Source: Stegostoma tigrinum (lineage: Eukaryota). Taken from it: a DNA stretch of 64,000 bases. The notes under the pieces are model-generated. The model was not told the DNA's origin, ran no database searches, and worked only from the letters and a program-made list of their open reading frames with translations. The stretch spans positions 5,498,497 through 5,562,496 of the forward strand of contig NC_081387.1 of NCBI RefSeq assembly GCF_030684315.1, read 5' to 3'. How positions within the stretch are numbered: position 1 is the first letter of the stretch; every line of letters starts with the position of its first letter. Of this stretch, positions 50,101-62,056 are shown piece after piece. Position numbers and translations under genes: made by a program.

Positions 50101-53100
50101 TATCTTTGGTGATGATAAAAGAAAGGCAGGAAGCAGTATTTTATTTAAGTGGAAAGAGATTGAAGTACTCTGAAGTGCAGAGCGTTCTCGGGGTTCTGAT
50201 TAATGATTCACAGAAACTTAGGATGCAGGTACAGCATGTGATTAGAAAGATAAGTGAAATGTAGTCTAGTGCAAAGAAAATTAAATACAAGAGTAGGAAT
50301 GCTGTGCTACAGTATAGATGTCATTGGTTTGGGCAGCATTGTAGACAACAGCATTAAATTACAGCAATATATTGATAGTGAATGGGCAAAAGCAATGGCA
50401 GATGTATTTTAATAAAGACGAGTGTAAGTTATCCATTCCATACCAAAAAATGATTTAACCAACCAGAACATTTTTTGTTTAATGAGATGAGAGGAATCAT
50501 CTGCAGGAACCATGCAAAGGTATGATCCTCTCATGTAAGATAAAGCTATAGGTGTATGATAAGACATGACAAAAAAGGGTTGCAAGGTTATCTTCTGAGG
50601 AATGTTGGACATGTTGGGCCTTTATTCATTATAGCTTAGAAGAAGGAGAGATGTTCCTATTTGGTCCTGAGGGGATTTGGAAATGTAGATGCTGAAAGAA
50701 TGTTTTCTGTTGTGGAGAGATTAGAATCTTTGAACACAGTTTAAGAGTAAGGAATCTTCCATTTTAATGAAGTGGAAGAGAATTTCTTTTACCTCAGAGA
50801 ATTGAGAGTCTTTAGAATGCTGTTCCCCAGAAAGCAGTGAATGCAGGGTCATTGAAAACATTTAAGATAGAGTTTATCTATTTTTGACCAACAAGGGAGT
50901 CAAAAGGTTATTGTGGGTAGGTTTAGAGTTGTGAACAGATTAGCCGTCTGGGCTTAGTGACCTAACCCTGTTCTGTAGTATTTTGTTCTGCACAATTCAG
51001 ATTTGCTAAAGACCTTCAATATTTTACCACATAGAAACTTCATGGTTATGGCCAGTACATGTGAAGTGAAGGACAAGTAGCATAGTTGATGATAATAAGT
51101 TGACTATAGAACCACAATCAGCATAAATGTTGACAGTGTCAAGAACACTTGGCTTACACGTCATATGTTTTAGATTTTAACTTGTCATTTTAGGCATATA
51201 ATATTTTGGTTAGAGATTATAAGTTTTAGTTGTAGAATCAAGGTAGCAAAGTAAAAGAAGTAAATATAATTTAAACAAACTTGAAGTAAATTATACTGGA
51301 TGTTAACTGGAACCTTTCTTGCAAAGTCACAGCAAAAGGTGTCAATGAGAAATTGAAGAACCCATTGTTATGCTTTAGGTGAAGGTTTCCACTTAGGTAA
51401 CATGGCTGAAGGATGTAACTGATGTGTGAATTTTTCAGACAAAGTGAAGCTGCGAGATGTTTTGCAAGCACTGGTTGACGTCTGCTACTCCTCCTCAAGT
51501 CAATCAAGGCCCATGGCTGCTCCTTCCTCCCTGATTACTCACTGACCTCCACCAGCAGCCTCCATGCTCAGCAGCTTCACACTGTCCATAGGTACCCTCC
51601 CTCCTTTAAGATAGTTAGAGACTTGGTCAGGTTAATTAAACAATAATCACTGTGCAGAAGGTCATACAGTCCAGATAAGGCAGCTTACGCCTCTCATCTC
51701 ATTAAAAAAAAACATGTTCTGGTTGGTTAAATCATTTTTTGGTATGGAATGGATAACTTACGCTTATCTTTATTAAAATACATCTGCCATTGCTTTTGCC
51801 CATTCACTGTCAATATACTGCTGTAACTTTATGCTGTTGTCTACAATGCTGCCCAAATTTGCATACCCTACAAATTTGCATATTTGACTTTTTACGCCAC
51901 TATCCAAGTTGTTAGTTAATATTGAGGCTCCAACACAGACCCTTGCAGGACATCACTGGTCACGTCCTGCCATTTTGAGCACTAACCATTATTGCAACTG
52001 TCTGTTTCCTGCCACTCAACTAATTTCTTATCCATGGCAGTAATTTACCCTGACTTCAATGGGTTTCTACCTCAGGTAACAAACCTTTCCATAGGACCTA
52101 ACATATGCTCTCCCTCTCTTTGGAGTATTTTAGCTATTTGTATTCTGAATGGACCTGTCAAATTTCAAATCTAATGATGATCTTGCTTTTTCTGTGCATC
52201 TTCTTTGCAGTTATAACTTTGTATTTCTCACTCTTTGTATGGATCATAAACAGCAAAGAACACCCTATGACCTTTGTATGTTATGATCTGCCTGTATTGC
52301 ATGCAAAACAAACTTTTCACTGTACTTGGGTACACATGACAAGAATAAATCAAATCAAAGTAAGCAGGTGCCCCTTCTTTGATTAATCACCTGTAATCAT
52401 GTCTTCCCAGGGTTTTGAGGGCTTTTGGAGGCAAAAGACACATTATACATGACACTCACTTAGAGGAAATAGTTAAAACTGACAGAGGTAAAAACCATGA
52501 GTAGTTTATAAACTTGAGGAATGTGAACTTAATTGGAAAATGGATTTCAACATAGATATGTGTAAGATAGCATAACTAAGACAATTTGCAGTTTCGATAA
52601 TAAAGTCTAAATAGGGTTGAGGAACAAAAGGATAGAAATGTACTCATTCATAAATTATTATATGTTGCTGCACAGTCAAGTTCATTTCAAAAGAACAGAA
52701 TTAAAACCTCTTTCCGTATTCTATTTATTAAGCTTGAAATCCATATGTGCACGTCAGTAGAACCAAGGAAACCTAAAATCTATCTAGAAAACACCAAGGA
52801 CCACTCAAACAGCTATCAAAGTGAAAAATGCCCATTGCTTTACAGTGAGCAGTGTCTGGTCAATGCTATTATTAACAATCAAAAGGATCTCTAAGAGACA
52901 CACAAACCCATTTTGAAATCTGTACATGTTGCAGATGTTTAACCTGTGTATGTTCCTTTCCACCCATAATATGTGTCAAACACTTTGTTTTAGTCTGCAT
53001 TAATCCCAAATGGATGTGTATATATTTAGGGATTTTACAGGAGCAAAGTCTAAGTCAAATAGTACCAAATTATAATTTCTTTCTTTTTCTTGCCTTTCTT

Positions 53101-56100
53101 TAAAGTTGTTACAATAAATTTAGGTATTTTACTTTTTATGATTAAAACTGTTGAAAATTTTTATCTTGTGTCGCAGTCACATTGGCAAATTGATAACCTA
53201 AGTGGTCCATTTGGGATTCTATATGGTTTCTGATGGCTTGTGGCACATGGGGCGTGATAATCAATGCAGCCACACCCCCACGCCATTAGATCTTAAAATA
53301 ATCACAGGAATCAAAATTCAGTAGGATGCTGAATCTTCATTGTACTTGCTTTTTGGCAAGTTTATTCTTTCATAGGTAAGGAGTCCAAAACTGCACACAA
53401 TACTCCAGGATTGAGGCTCTCCAATTTTTTTTAAGACTTCTTTACTCCGATGGTCAAATTCTCCTGCAATAATGGCCAACATTCAGTTGATCTTTGGTTT
53501 GATCATACATTCCACATCACCATATTAAAACGCAGTCAATTCACTGACCATCCCCACAGTTCCAAATACCCTTCTCTCTCACTCTCCCCACTCACTGTTC
53601 TGTACTCCCAGTACAGGAGATTCCCCCACACTCACTCTGTCCCTTCAGTTCTACATTCCCCACTCTCTGATTCTTACCTCTCCATGGCTGAATCCAGAAG
53701 AGTATTCCCATTATCCCGACAATAACAGCCAGTGCACTGATCATTGATGCAGTTACGGTTCCAAGATGAAGGTATCCCACACTATTTTCTGGAATTTCTG
53801 AAACATATTTGCATAATATCAGGATTTTTTTCTCTGATCCTCAATATATTTGCAGTGTTCTGTCAGTCTAGTTTTATGCTCTTTTATCTTCCTGGAAGAA
53901 ATTACACAACATTGGGATCAATATTGCCGATATTTCCGCATGTATATTGATAGAAAGCATCCCATTTTGATTGAAGGCTAGCTCTTTGTATAAACAAAAT
54001 GTTAAAAATCCATCCCCTTATTTTTTTTCACAGAGTGATAATGTGATTCAGGGGCAGAGAGAGGTCATGGAAATGTTGCAATGAACACATTTGAGACTTG
54101 AGCAGCTAGGCTGTCACTCCATTACAGTTCCGAGAGAATGCTGCTCTGCCGAATGTTGGTGGAAACAATGCTGTGGCACAGCTGCATGGTGAGAAGGACA
54201 CTACTCATGTGTACTTTTAGAAGGACAGTATTGGGAGAAGGCCAGGCAGCAATGAAGATGCATTGAACTGTTCAATGAACAATGTTGAGAGTCAGTGAGG
54301 GTCAGTACTGAGCAAGTGCTCTACTCTCAGAGAGTGTTAGTACTGAGGGAGTGCCACTGTGTCGGGGGCAGGGAGCAGGGGGAGAGGGTGGGTGGTGGGG
54401 GTCAGAACTGAGAGAGTACCACACCGTCGAAGGGTCAGTGCTGAGGGAGCGGCGCACCGTCAGACGGTCAGTGCTGAGGGAGTGGCGCACCGTCAGACGG
54501 TCAGTGCTGAGGGAGCGGCACACCGTCAGAGGATCAGTTCGAGGGAGTGCCGCACTGTCGGAGGGTCAGTACGGAGGGAGTGCTGCACCATCACAGGGTC
54601 AGTACTGATGGAGTGCTGCACTGTCAGAGGGTCAGTACTGATGGAGTGCTGCACTGTCAGAGGGTCAGTACTGACAGTGTCACACTGTCAGTGGATCAGA
54701 ACTGAGTAAATGCTACACTATTGGAGGGTTGGTACGGGGGAATGCTGCAATGTTTGAGGGGCAGTACTAAAGTAGTTAGGGGGTCAGTTAGCACAGTTGG
54801 TTGGACAGCTGGTTTGTAATGCAGAGTAATGGCAACGTCATGAATTCAATTCCCATACCAGGAAGAATAGAGGAATCGAATATTATTTAAATGGTGAAAG
54901 GCTGCAGAAAGCTACAGCAAAGAGGGATTTGGCAGTCCTTGTTATATAAATCATAAATAAAAACTAGCATCCAAGTTCAGTGGGTAATAGGGAAGGCACA
55001 TGGGCTGTTGGTTTCAAATGTTGCATGTTGTTCAAAGAGAATAGAGTGGAAAGGTTCTGAAGAAGGGTCTAGGCCCGAAACGTCACCTTTCCTGCTCCTA
55101 CGATGCTGCTTGGCCTCCTGTGTTCATCTAGTTCTACACCTTGTTATCTCAGAGTGGAAAGGTAGGGGGGGGTTTGCTAAAACTCTCCAAGGCAGAAGTC
55201 AGACCACAATTGGAATACTGTGAACAGTTTTGTGCTCCTTATTTAGGGAAAGATATAAGACAGGCCAAAGAAAGTTGACTAGCTGATACCGGGTAAGGAG
55301 GCACTGTTTAGGAGGAAACATTGAGTATGTTGGGCTTGTACTCATTAGAATTTAGAAAAATGAGAGGTGACCTTACGGAAAAATGCAAGATTTTTCAGGG
55401 CTTGATCAGGTAGGTAGAGAAAGATTGTTTTCTCCTTGGTGAAAAGCCTTAGACCAGATTTTTTTAAATTTCAGAATTGGTTCTGCATTTAAAATAGAGA
55501 TGAGAAAGATTTTCTTCTCCCACAGGGTAGAAAATCTGTGCAATTCTTTATCACAGAGATCTGACAAGGCTACAGGAGAGCAAGTGAGGAGCAACACCAG
55601 TTAAGTCCAAAACAGGTGTCAACCTATTGAAAGTACAACCCAAGACTATTTATCCATCAAACAGAGTAATCAGCAATGTGACAGATGGGACTAAATGTTC
55701 CTGTAATAAGTAGATCAGATCTGCAGTCCTAACGTACACAATATGAAAGTTCATCACAAGCAGCTAAATAGTGATAGAAGATGCTCCACAAATACCCCTA
55801 CCTTAATGATAAGGAGGTCAGTTGATCAGGTTTTGGTCTTGTAAAGCAAAAATTGTGTGTTCAAATTCTACCTGCACTTACAAATGACTGCCTGAAGCAA
55901 GCTCCACCTGTTCTACATCGCTCAGAATTAGACTGAAAGCAACCTCTTTGTCCTGCCATATACATGGTTTTCAATCTCAATTAGAAGTCATATAGGCAAA
56001 GGTAGCCTAGATGAGGAGTTTATAGAATGTTTTCAGGTTAGAATATCATGTTCTCAAGCTGAGCAGTGGGCAGACTGTATTAGGCTTGATATTGTGCTAA

Positions 56101-59100
56101 GGTATAAGATTAATTAGTGAAAACGCTCCACAACAAGCGTTCCTTAAAGATAGTGTCCTGTGTTTGACCATCTTCAATTGCTTCATCAATGACCTTCCCT
56201 CCAATTTAAGGTCAAGATCATTGATGAATATGTAATGTTCAGTTTCATTGCTAACTCCCCAGGTGCTGAAGCAATCTGCGACCAAATACAACAAGACCTG
56301 GCCAATATTTAGGTTTTAGGTGGGGAGTGATAAGTAATATTCATGCCATACAAGCATTACGCATTGCCAACAAGAATCTAATCATTCTCTTTGATGTTCA
56401 ATGACATGACCATCATTCACCGTCAATATCCTGGGGTTACAATTTACCAGAAACTTTGCTGGACCAGTCATATAAATGCTGTGGCAGGGCACAGGTTGGG
56501 AATTCTGTGATGAGTAACTCTCACATTCTGTTTCCCCAGTGCTTGCCCCGCAAGTCACAAGTCAGCACTGTGGTAGCATACTCTCCATTTGCCTGATGAG
56601 TTCAGCATCAAAAACACTGAGGCACATCAACATCATTCTGGACAGAGTGGTCAGCTTGACTGGCATCCCATCCATCCCCTTCAACTTTCACTCCAAAACC
56701 TATACAGCATATTTGCAGTGTGTACAAATAAATATTATGCAATGCAGCAACTTGACAACAATACATGACTTCTACTAGTTAGAAGGACAGAAGCAGCAGA
56801 CTCAATGTGAACAAAACCACTTACAAGTTTGCCCTCTAAGTCACACATGCTCACTATGGCTCAACCAAGCTCCTGGAACTCCTTTTCTAACTGGACTGTG
56901 GCTGTCCCTAAACCACATGGACAACAGCAGTTCAATGAGGAAGTTCACTGCCACCTTCTAAAGGCAATCAGGGATGGCTAATAAATGTCCGTGCTGCCAA
57001 AATCGTTATGAAAGAATTTTATAAAAAAGCAGGTGGTGTGGAGGCAGGATAACATTGGGACAATAGGAAGCAATGTTATGACATTGGGAGTGAGGGGGTG
57101 GTTGGAGTGATAAGAGGCTGGTGAAAGTGTTCGTGGTATGGAGGGTGATAAAGAAATGAATGTGATGATAGGATAATGGGGTTCATGAAGGGATGGTAGG
57201 GAGTTTTTGTTTGTTCATTCACATGATGAGGGCGTCGCTGGCTAGGCCAGCATTTATTGCCCATCCCAGACGGTGTTTAAATTCAACTATATTGCTGTGG
57301 GTCTGGAGTCACATGTAGTTCAGACCAGGTAAGGATGTCAGTTTCCTTCCCAAAACAGCATTCGTGAACCAGATGAGTTTTTCCTGATAATTGACAACAG
57401 GTTAATGGTCATCAACAGTCTCCTCGAATTCTATATTCTGCCGTGGTAGGATTCAAAGCCGGCTCCCCAGAACATTACTTGGGTCTCTGAGGTAACAGTC
57501 CGGTGATAACAATAGGCAGTCACCTCTCCATGATGAGGGGATAGGTGCGTGACATATATGGGTTGAAAGACACAGAACGAGTAAGGAGGATGAGGCAGTG
57601 AGTGTTCGAAAACCTGCTGATATCATGTACAAACTGTCACCATTGATAATTCAGTTCCCTACTGCATCATACCTCACCAGCAGCATCTCGCTTCCAAAAA
57701 GATTTAAGGGGATAAGAGAGCAGGAGAAGTAAAAGAAGTTACAAAAAGAGAAATAAACAGTAGCAAAGAAAAAATAACAAAGGGAAATGGCAACATGAAG
57801 TCATCAGTCGAATGAGGGACACCATACACTCTGACTTACTATCTGGAGCCTCGGGAGAGGTTGATGAGTAGGAGAACTGCACGTAGAAAATACACTTTCC
57901 CTGTACTCCTGTTATGATATAAATGAGTCTGGTCTAGAAGTTTGCTGGGGCATATTTATAAATATCAGTATTTACTGCACCAACTAGATCCATCTTTCAG
58001 AATGCAACTTTCGTTTCTTGTTGGATTGTTTGGAAAATCCAAACTCTCAAGGATTTCATTTCTAGTTCAGCAATATGTCAAAGACTTAACTTCAGGCTCT
58101 CCCCAACCTCACGTTCATGTTGCCTTATCAGGAGAAGTAGAAGCAGGAGTAGCCATATTTGCCTATTCTACCTTTCAATACGAACCTGGCTCATTTTGTG
58201 CCTTACTGCCACTTTCCTGCTTATCCTCCAGATCCCTTGGTTACCTGAGACAACAAACTCTGTCTATTTCAGACTAAAATATATTCAGCAACAGAATATT
58301 CACATTCGCGTAGGGGACACAATTCATAATTCTTAAAGGGTGGCCATTTCTAAAGGGCAGTTCAGAGTAAGAACACCTCAGTATCTGGGGATCGAAAATT
58401 GTGGCAGTATCTCATTCATCTTCCCTTCTCAGCCATGCATGTTCTCCCGCACTCCTTCTCCCTTGCTGTCCCACACTTTCAGTTCAGTTCCTTACCCCAC
58501 TGATGCAGCTTAGCCTCTGTCATGCTGCTGTGTTCAACCTGACAGGAATATTGATCCTCATCCCCATCACTGATTTCAATCTCTTTATGGATCTGATGAG
58601 TCCCATCGTGGTTCGGTCGAATCCCTGAGGATTGTGTCTCGGACATGACCTCTCCATTCCTTAGCCAGGTCACCTCGATGTCTACAGGATAAAATCCAGT
58701 GACCAGGCAGGAGAGAGTGAGCGGCTTGTCCTGACGATTGGGCTCACTCCTGGAGATGAACACTTCAGGCTGAACTGTGATGGGAAAGGGTGAGAACACA
58801 AACAATAGACAGACACCGAGTGGAATAGGAGAACGGTTTCATTGATCAGTGAGGTTAGATCTGAACATGGGATCAAAAATTCAAACACACACCTTTCCTT
58901 TTGAGATGCTCCTTTCCAATGTTTAAACGTGATTTTAAGCGTTCAACAAGCTCCACTTCCATCAGCCATTTCCAAAACTTGTTCCAGGATTCGTCAGAAT
59001 CCCATTTCTCTTTTGTTTTCACTGCATTGTGATGCGATGCGACCCATCTCATTCTGTTCGACTCCAAACTAATGTAGTCCTTTCCGTCAAAGGCAACATT

Positions 59101-59168
59101 CATTGTTCTCTTAACGGAGCCATCTTCAGACACCTCAACATTCCTTATCCATTGCAAAATATGCTTTC
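46944..59168 (-). CDS. Gene B: second non-classical MHC class I heavy chain, 5'-partial, join(59168-58893,58774-58496,53797-53678,47170-46944)
   Basis: Same exon phases as gene A, same alpha2/alpha3 exon sizes, GT-AG junctions. No alpha1 or leader exon recognised in 59170-64000, so these are presumably outside the window. Confidence 0.88.
47625..49010 (-). mobile_element. CR1 LINE RT-to-3' fragment
   Basis: Continuous reverse-strand CR1 RT motifs and 3' tail. Confidence 0.9.
51260..51640 (-). mobile_element. Probable Harbinger transposase N-terminal remnant
   Basis: Weak similarity to the 6000-6200 Harbinger segment; heavily degraded. Confidence 0.4.
53678..53797 (-). CDS. Gene B TM exon (EIPENSVGYLHLGTVTASMISALAVIVGIMGILFWIQPWR)
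   Basis: Acceptor gtttcag and donor G|GTAAGA; 120 nt; shares the EIPE...PWR frame with gene A. Confidence 0.9.
54296..54770. repeat. 33-bp minisatellite derived from a Deu-type SINE core
   Basis: Unit GGTCAGT(G/A)CTGAGGGAG(C/T)G(G/C)(C/T)GCAC(C/T)GTCAGA(C/G) at 54433, 54466, 54499 and onward; roughly 12 units. Confidence 0.9.
54860..55570 (+). mobile_element. CR1 LINE fragment containing a Penelope-derived insert (55056-55150, 13-bp TSD)
   Basis: LEYCEQF, RGDL motifs; AGAGTGGAAAGGT at 55043-55055 and 55151-55163. Confidence 0.85.
58496..58774 (-). CDS. Gene B alpha3 Ig-C1 exon
   Basis: 279 nt; 9/93 aa differences from gene A; donor G|GTAAGG. Confidence 0.96.
58893..59168 (-). CDS. Gene B alpha2 exon, no cysteines
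   Basis: Acceptor tgacag and donor G|GTGTGT; 276 nt; about 67% aa identical to gene A alpha2 (30/92 differences by manual count). Confidence 0.95.
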
Positions 59169-61209
59169 CTGTCAAAGGTAAACAGTGAAATATATCAAAT
59201 TTTCATGGAAAAAAGGTATTCAACGGGCTTAGCATTATCATAAATTGCTCTGATGTGTCAGTTTTACAGTATCTGTAGTTCTACAATTGCACCCATCATT
59301 ACATTAATAACATCCCTGTGAACTTGGTATTACAGTCTTAGAGCCCCCAGTGGGCACTGTATTGTACTCTGCAGGCTCAGGTTGACAACTGCAAGTCTCC
59401 ATATGCTCAGGTTCTGAAGGTTCAGTATTATATTAATAAATACCTGTGTGTTCTGTCTTGCATTAACAGATGCACTATGTATTCATACATTAGTAAAATC
59501 TTGTGTCCGTGCCATCTTTTAAAGGCCACTGTGCATCTGTATGAGTGCTGGCAATCTGCTGTTGACCATCACTGGAAACAATGGCACAGTCGCCACAAAA
59601 CCATGCTCCCTCCCCACAGCACATACCAACAGTACTTACGTTATACGCACAATCCTATTCTCTCATCCTAGTCACTGTTTATTTACCACACTTGACCTGT
59701 CCTTAGCTGAGTACTGTCTGAACACCCTGTAAGTCAAGGCTACATTGACCCTATTACACTAAAAGTCAAGAGGGTAAATCAGGGAGTGGTGTGTGCTGCC
59801 TGATCCTCGCATGCTGCACCCTGAGCAGACAAAGAAGGGGTGTGACAGACACTGAACAGTTGTGACGGCTTCAGCAATCTTCCCAGGAGGAAGGTGAAGT
59901 CATTGAGCAGGAAGAACATCATCTTCTGCAAGATAGAGGGCCGCAGCAGCGTCAGACATAACGAGCAAAAGGTTAACAGGCAGCCACTTCCAAAAGTTGG
60001 ACTAAGTTTTCATTCACTGACTGTCACTTTGTTGCTGCCACAACATAGCCCTTTGTTTAGTCCCAAAAGCAACTGCAGCTTTATGTTGGATAATAAGGTG
60101 TAGAGCTGGATGAACACAGCAGGCCAAGCAGCAGAGGAGCAGGAAAGCTGATGTTTCGGGCCGAGACCCTCTGTCAGAAAAGCAGTTCCTACTATCTCTG
60201 CAGCTTTGTGTTGGTTTTTTTTGCTTTTCCTGTTGTTTATTAGAAGTTGATAGGAGTGACTATTTCATGGATGTGGAGTGCAGATTTAATATATGAGCAA
60301 GGTAAAACTGCATGAGAAAATGCTTTGGAGGGGTTTCAGAAGAGGTCTACTCAATAGGTACCAGAAATCAATGCGTTATTACAGGAGAATAAGTTGGACA
60401 TTCTGGGCTTGTTTTGACTGGAGTTTAGAAAAGTGAGGAGTTACTTGATTGAAGTGTATAAGATCCAGAATAGTCTTGAGGAAGTTGATGTGGAAAGGAT
60501 TTTCTCTTATGGGCGAGTCCAGAATTAAGAGCACTGCTTTAAAATGAGGTGCCTTTCTTTCAGGAGAGAGATGGTGAGAATTTTATTTCTCTTGAGGATG
60601 GGAAACTTTGGATCTCCTGGCCTCAGAAGGTGGTGGAAGCAGGGTGATTGAATATCTTTAAGTCAGAAGTGAATAGATTTCTATTGGGCAAGGGAAGGGA
60701 GAGGTAGTGGGAGTAATTTAAAATGTAGAATTAGAAACGCAAACAAAAGGAAAGAAAATAAACAAATCAGTTTCACATTTTAAAGCTGCTAGGGCTCATG
60801 GAGGTAAAAACCTCATAATGCCTCCAAAAATGTGACAAGTTATGAGAACATGCAGCCTGCTCTGTTCCTGCCATTCCCATTACTCCTCCTGGAAGTGCCG
60901 TTCACAATTAACATGGCCAAAGGAATCACACTGAACCAGCCAGAACAGGTTTCCCTCCACACACAGTATTATCAAACACAGAATTTGCAGTTTTCTAAAG
61001 TTAAAGTGTATCATTCCAAATTATGACAATAAAATATACCGCCATAGCAGGTTTGATGAGGGTAATGAGATGTACATGGCCTTCCAGATGATACTTGATG
61101 AAATGCCAATAACAGACTTGTAAGCAAAGTCAAAGCTTATGAAATAAAAAGGACAGTAGCAGCATTGATAGGAATTTGCTGAGAGTCAAGAAACAGAGTA
61201 GTGCCTAAC

Positions 61210-61411
61210 AGAGATATTGGGAACTGCAGATGCTGGAGAATCCAAGATAACAAAGTGTGGAGCTGGATGAACGCAGCAGGCCAAGCAGCATCTTAGGAGC
61301 ACAAAAGCTGAGGTTTCGGGCCTAGAAGGGTCTAGGCCCAAAACATCAGCTTTTGTGCTCCTAAGATGCTGCTTGGCCTGCTGCGTTCATCCAGCCCCAC
61401 ACTTTGTTATC
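61210..61411. mobile_element. Fold-back Penelope-derived element with about 12-bp TSD
   Basis: Long near-perfect palindrome; GTAGTGC(C/T)TAAC at 61198-61209 and 61412-61423. Confidence 0.88.
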
Positions 61412-62056
61412 GTAGTGCTTAACTGTTGTTTTTTCAGAACAGACCAAACTCCCCAGGGAATGGAGCATTGCTTTTGCTGATCTGTAACCATAATTTAGCC
61501 ATCGATAGATGGCACAATCTCAAAATATGCAGGTGAACTAAAATGTCGATTTAATGTGATTTGCAGAACTAATATTGTTAAACTTCAAGAGGTCATAGAC
61601 TAATGTATGGTCAGATGGGTAGCAGATGACATTCAGCAAAGAGAGGCTCAGACTAAAGCTCTGTGTTCAGAAGAATAAGGGGCAGGCAATATAAAGTAAA
61701 GGTTATAAATCTAAAGGGATGCAAGAACAGAGTAACCCAATGTCATAAATCCATAAGTTGTCAAAGGTGGTAGGGCAGGTTAAAAAATTGCAAACATGCA
61801 AATAAGATCATGGGATTTACATATAGCGGCATAGTGTATAATAACAAGGAGGTTATGATGAACTTTTACAAAAGAAATATAGTTCAGTGTCAACTGCAGC
61901 ACTATATACAATTCTGAGCACCACATTTAGGAAGGTTATGAAGGTTTTAGAGAAGACTTAAATATTTATGAAATAATATTTTTCTGTCACATAGGGATTA
62001 TTGGCCTTAGGCAAAGAGAAAGATGACAGAAAGTTTAGTGGAGGTTTGATCAAGGT

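Larger units (their letters stand above)
43660..59200. repeat. Segmental duplication copy 2
   Basis: See copy 1; the offset varies from about 26 to 30.5 kb because of copy-specific insertions. Confidence 0.85.

Noticed and set aside
54296-54770. CRISPR-like array, or the repetitive ORFs over it
   Set aside because: Eukaryotic context; contiguous tandem units without unique spacers; the ORFs are by-products of the 33-bp period.
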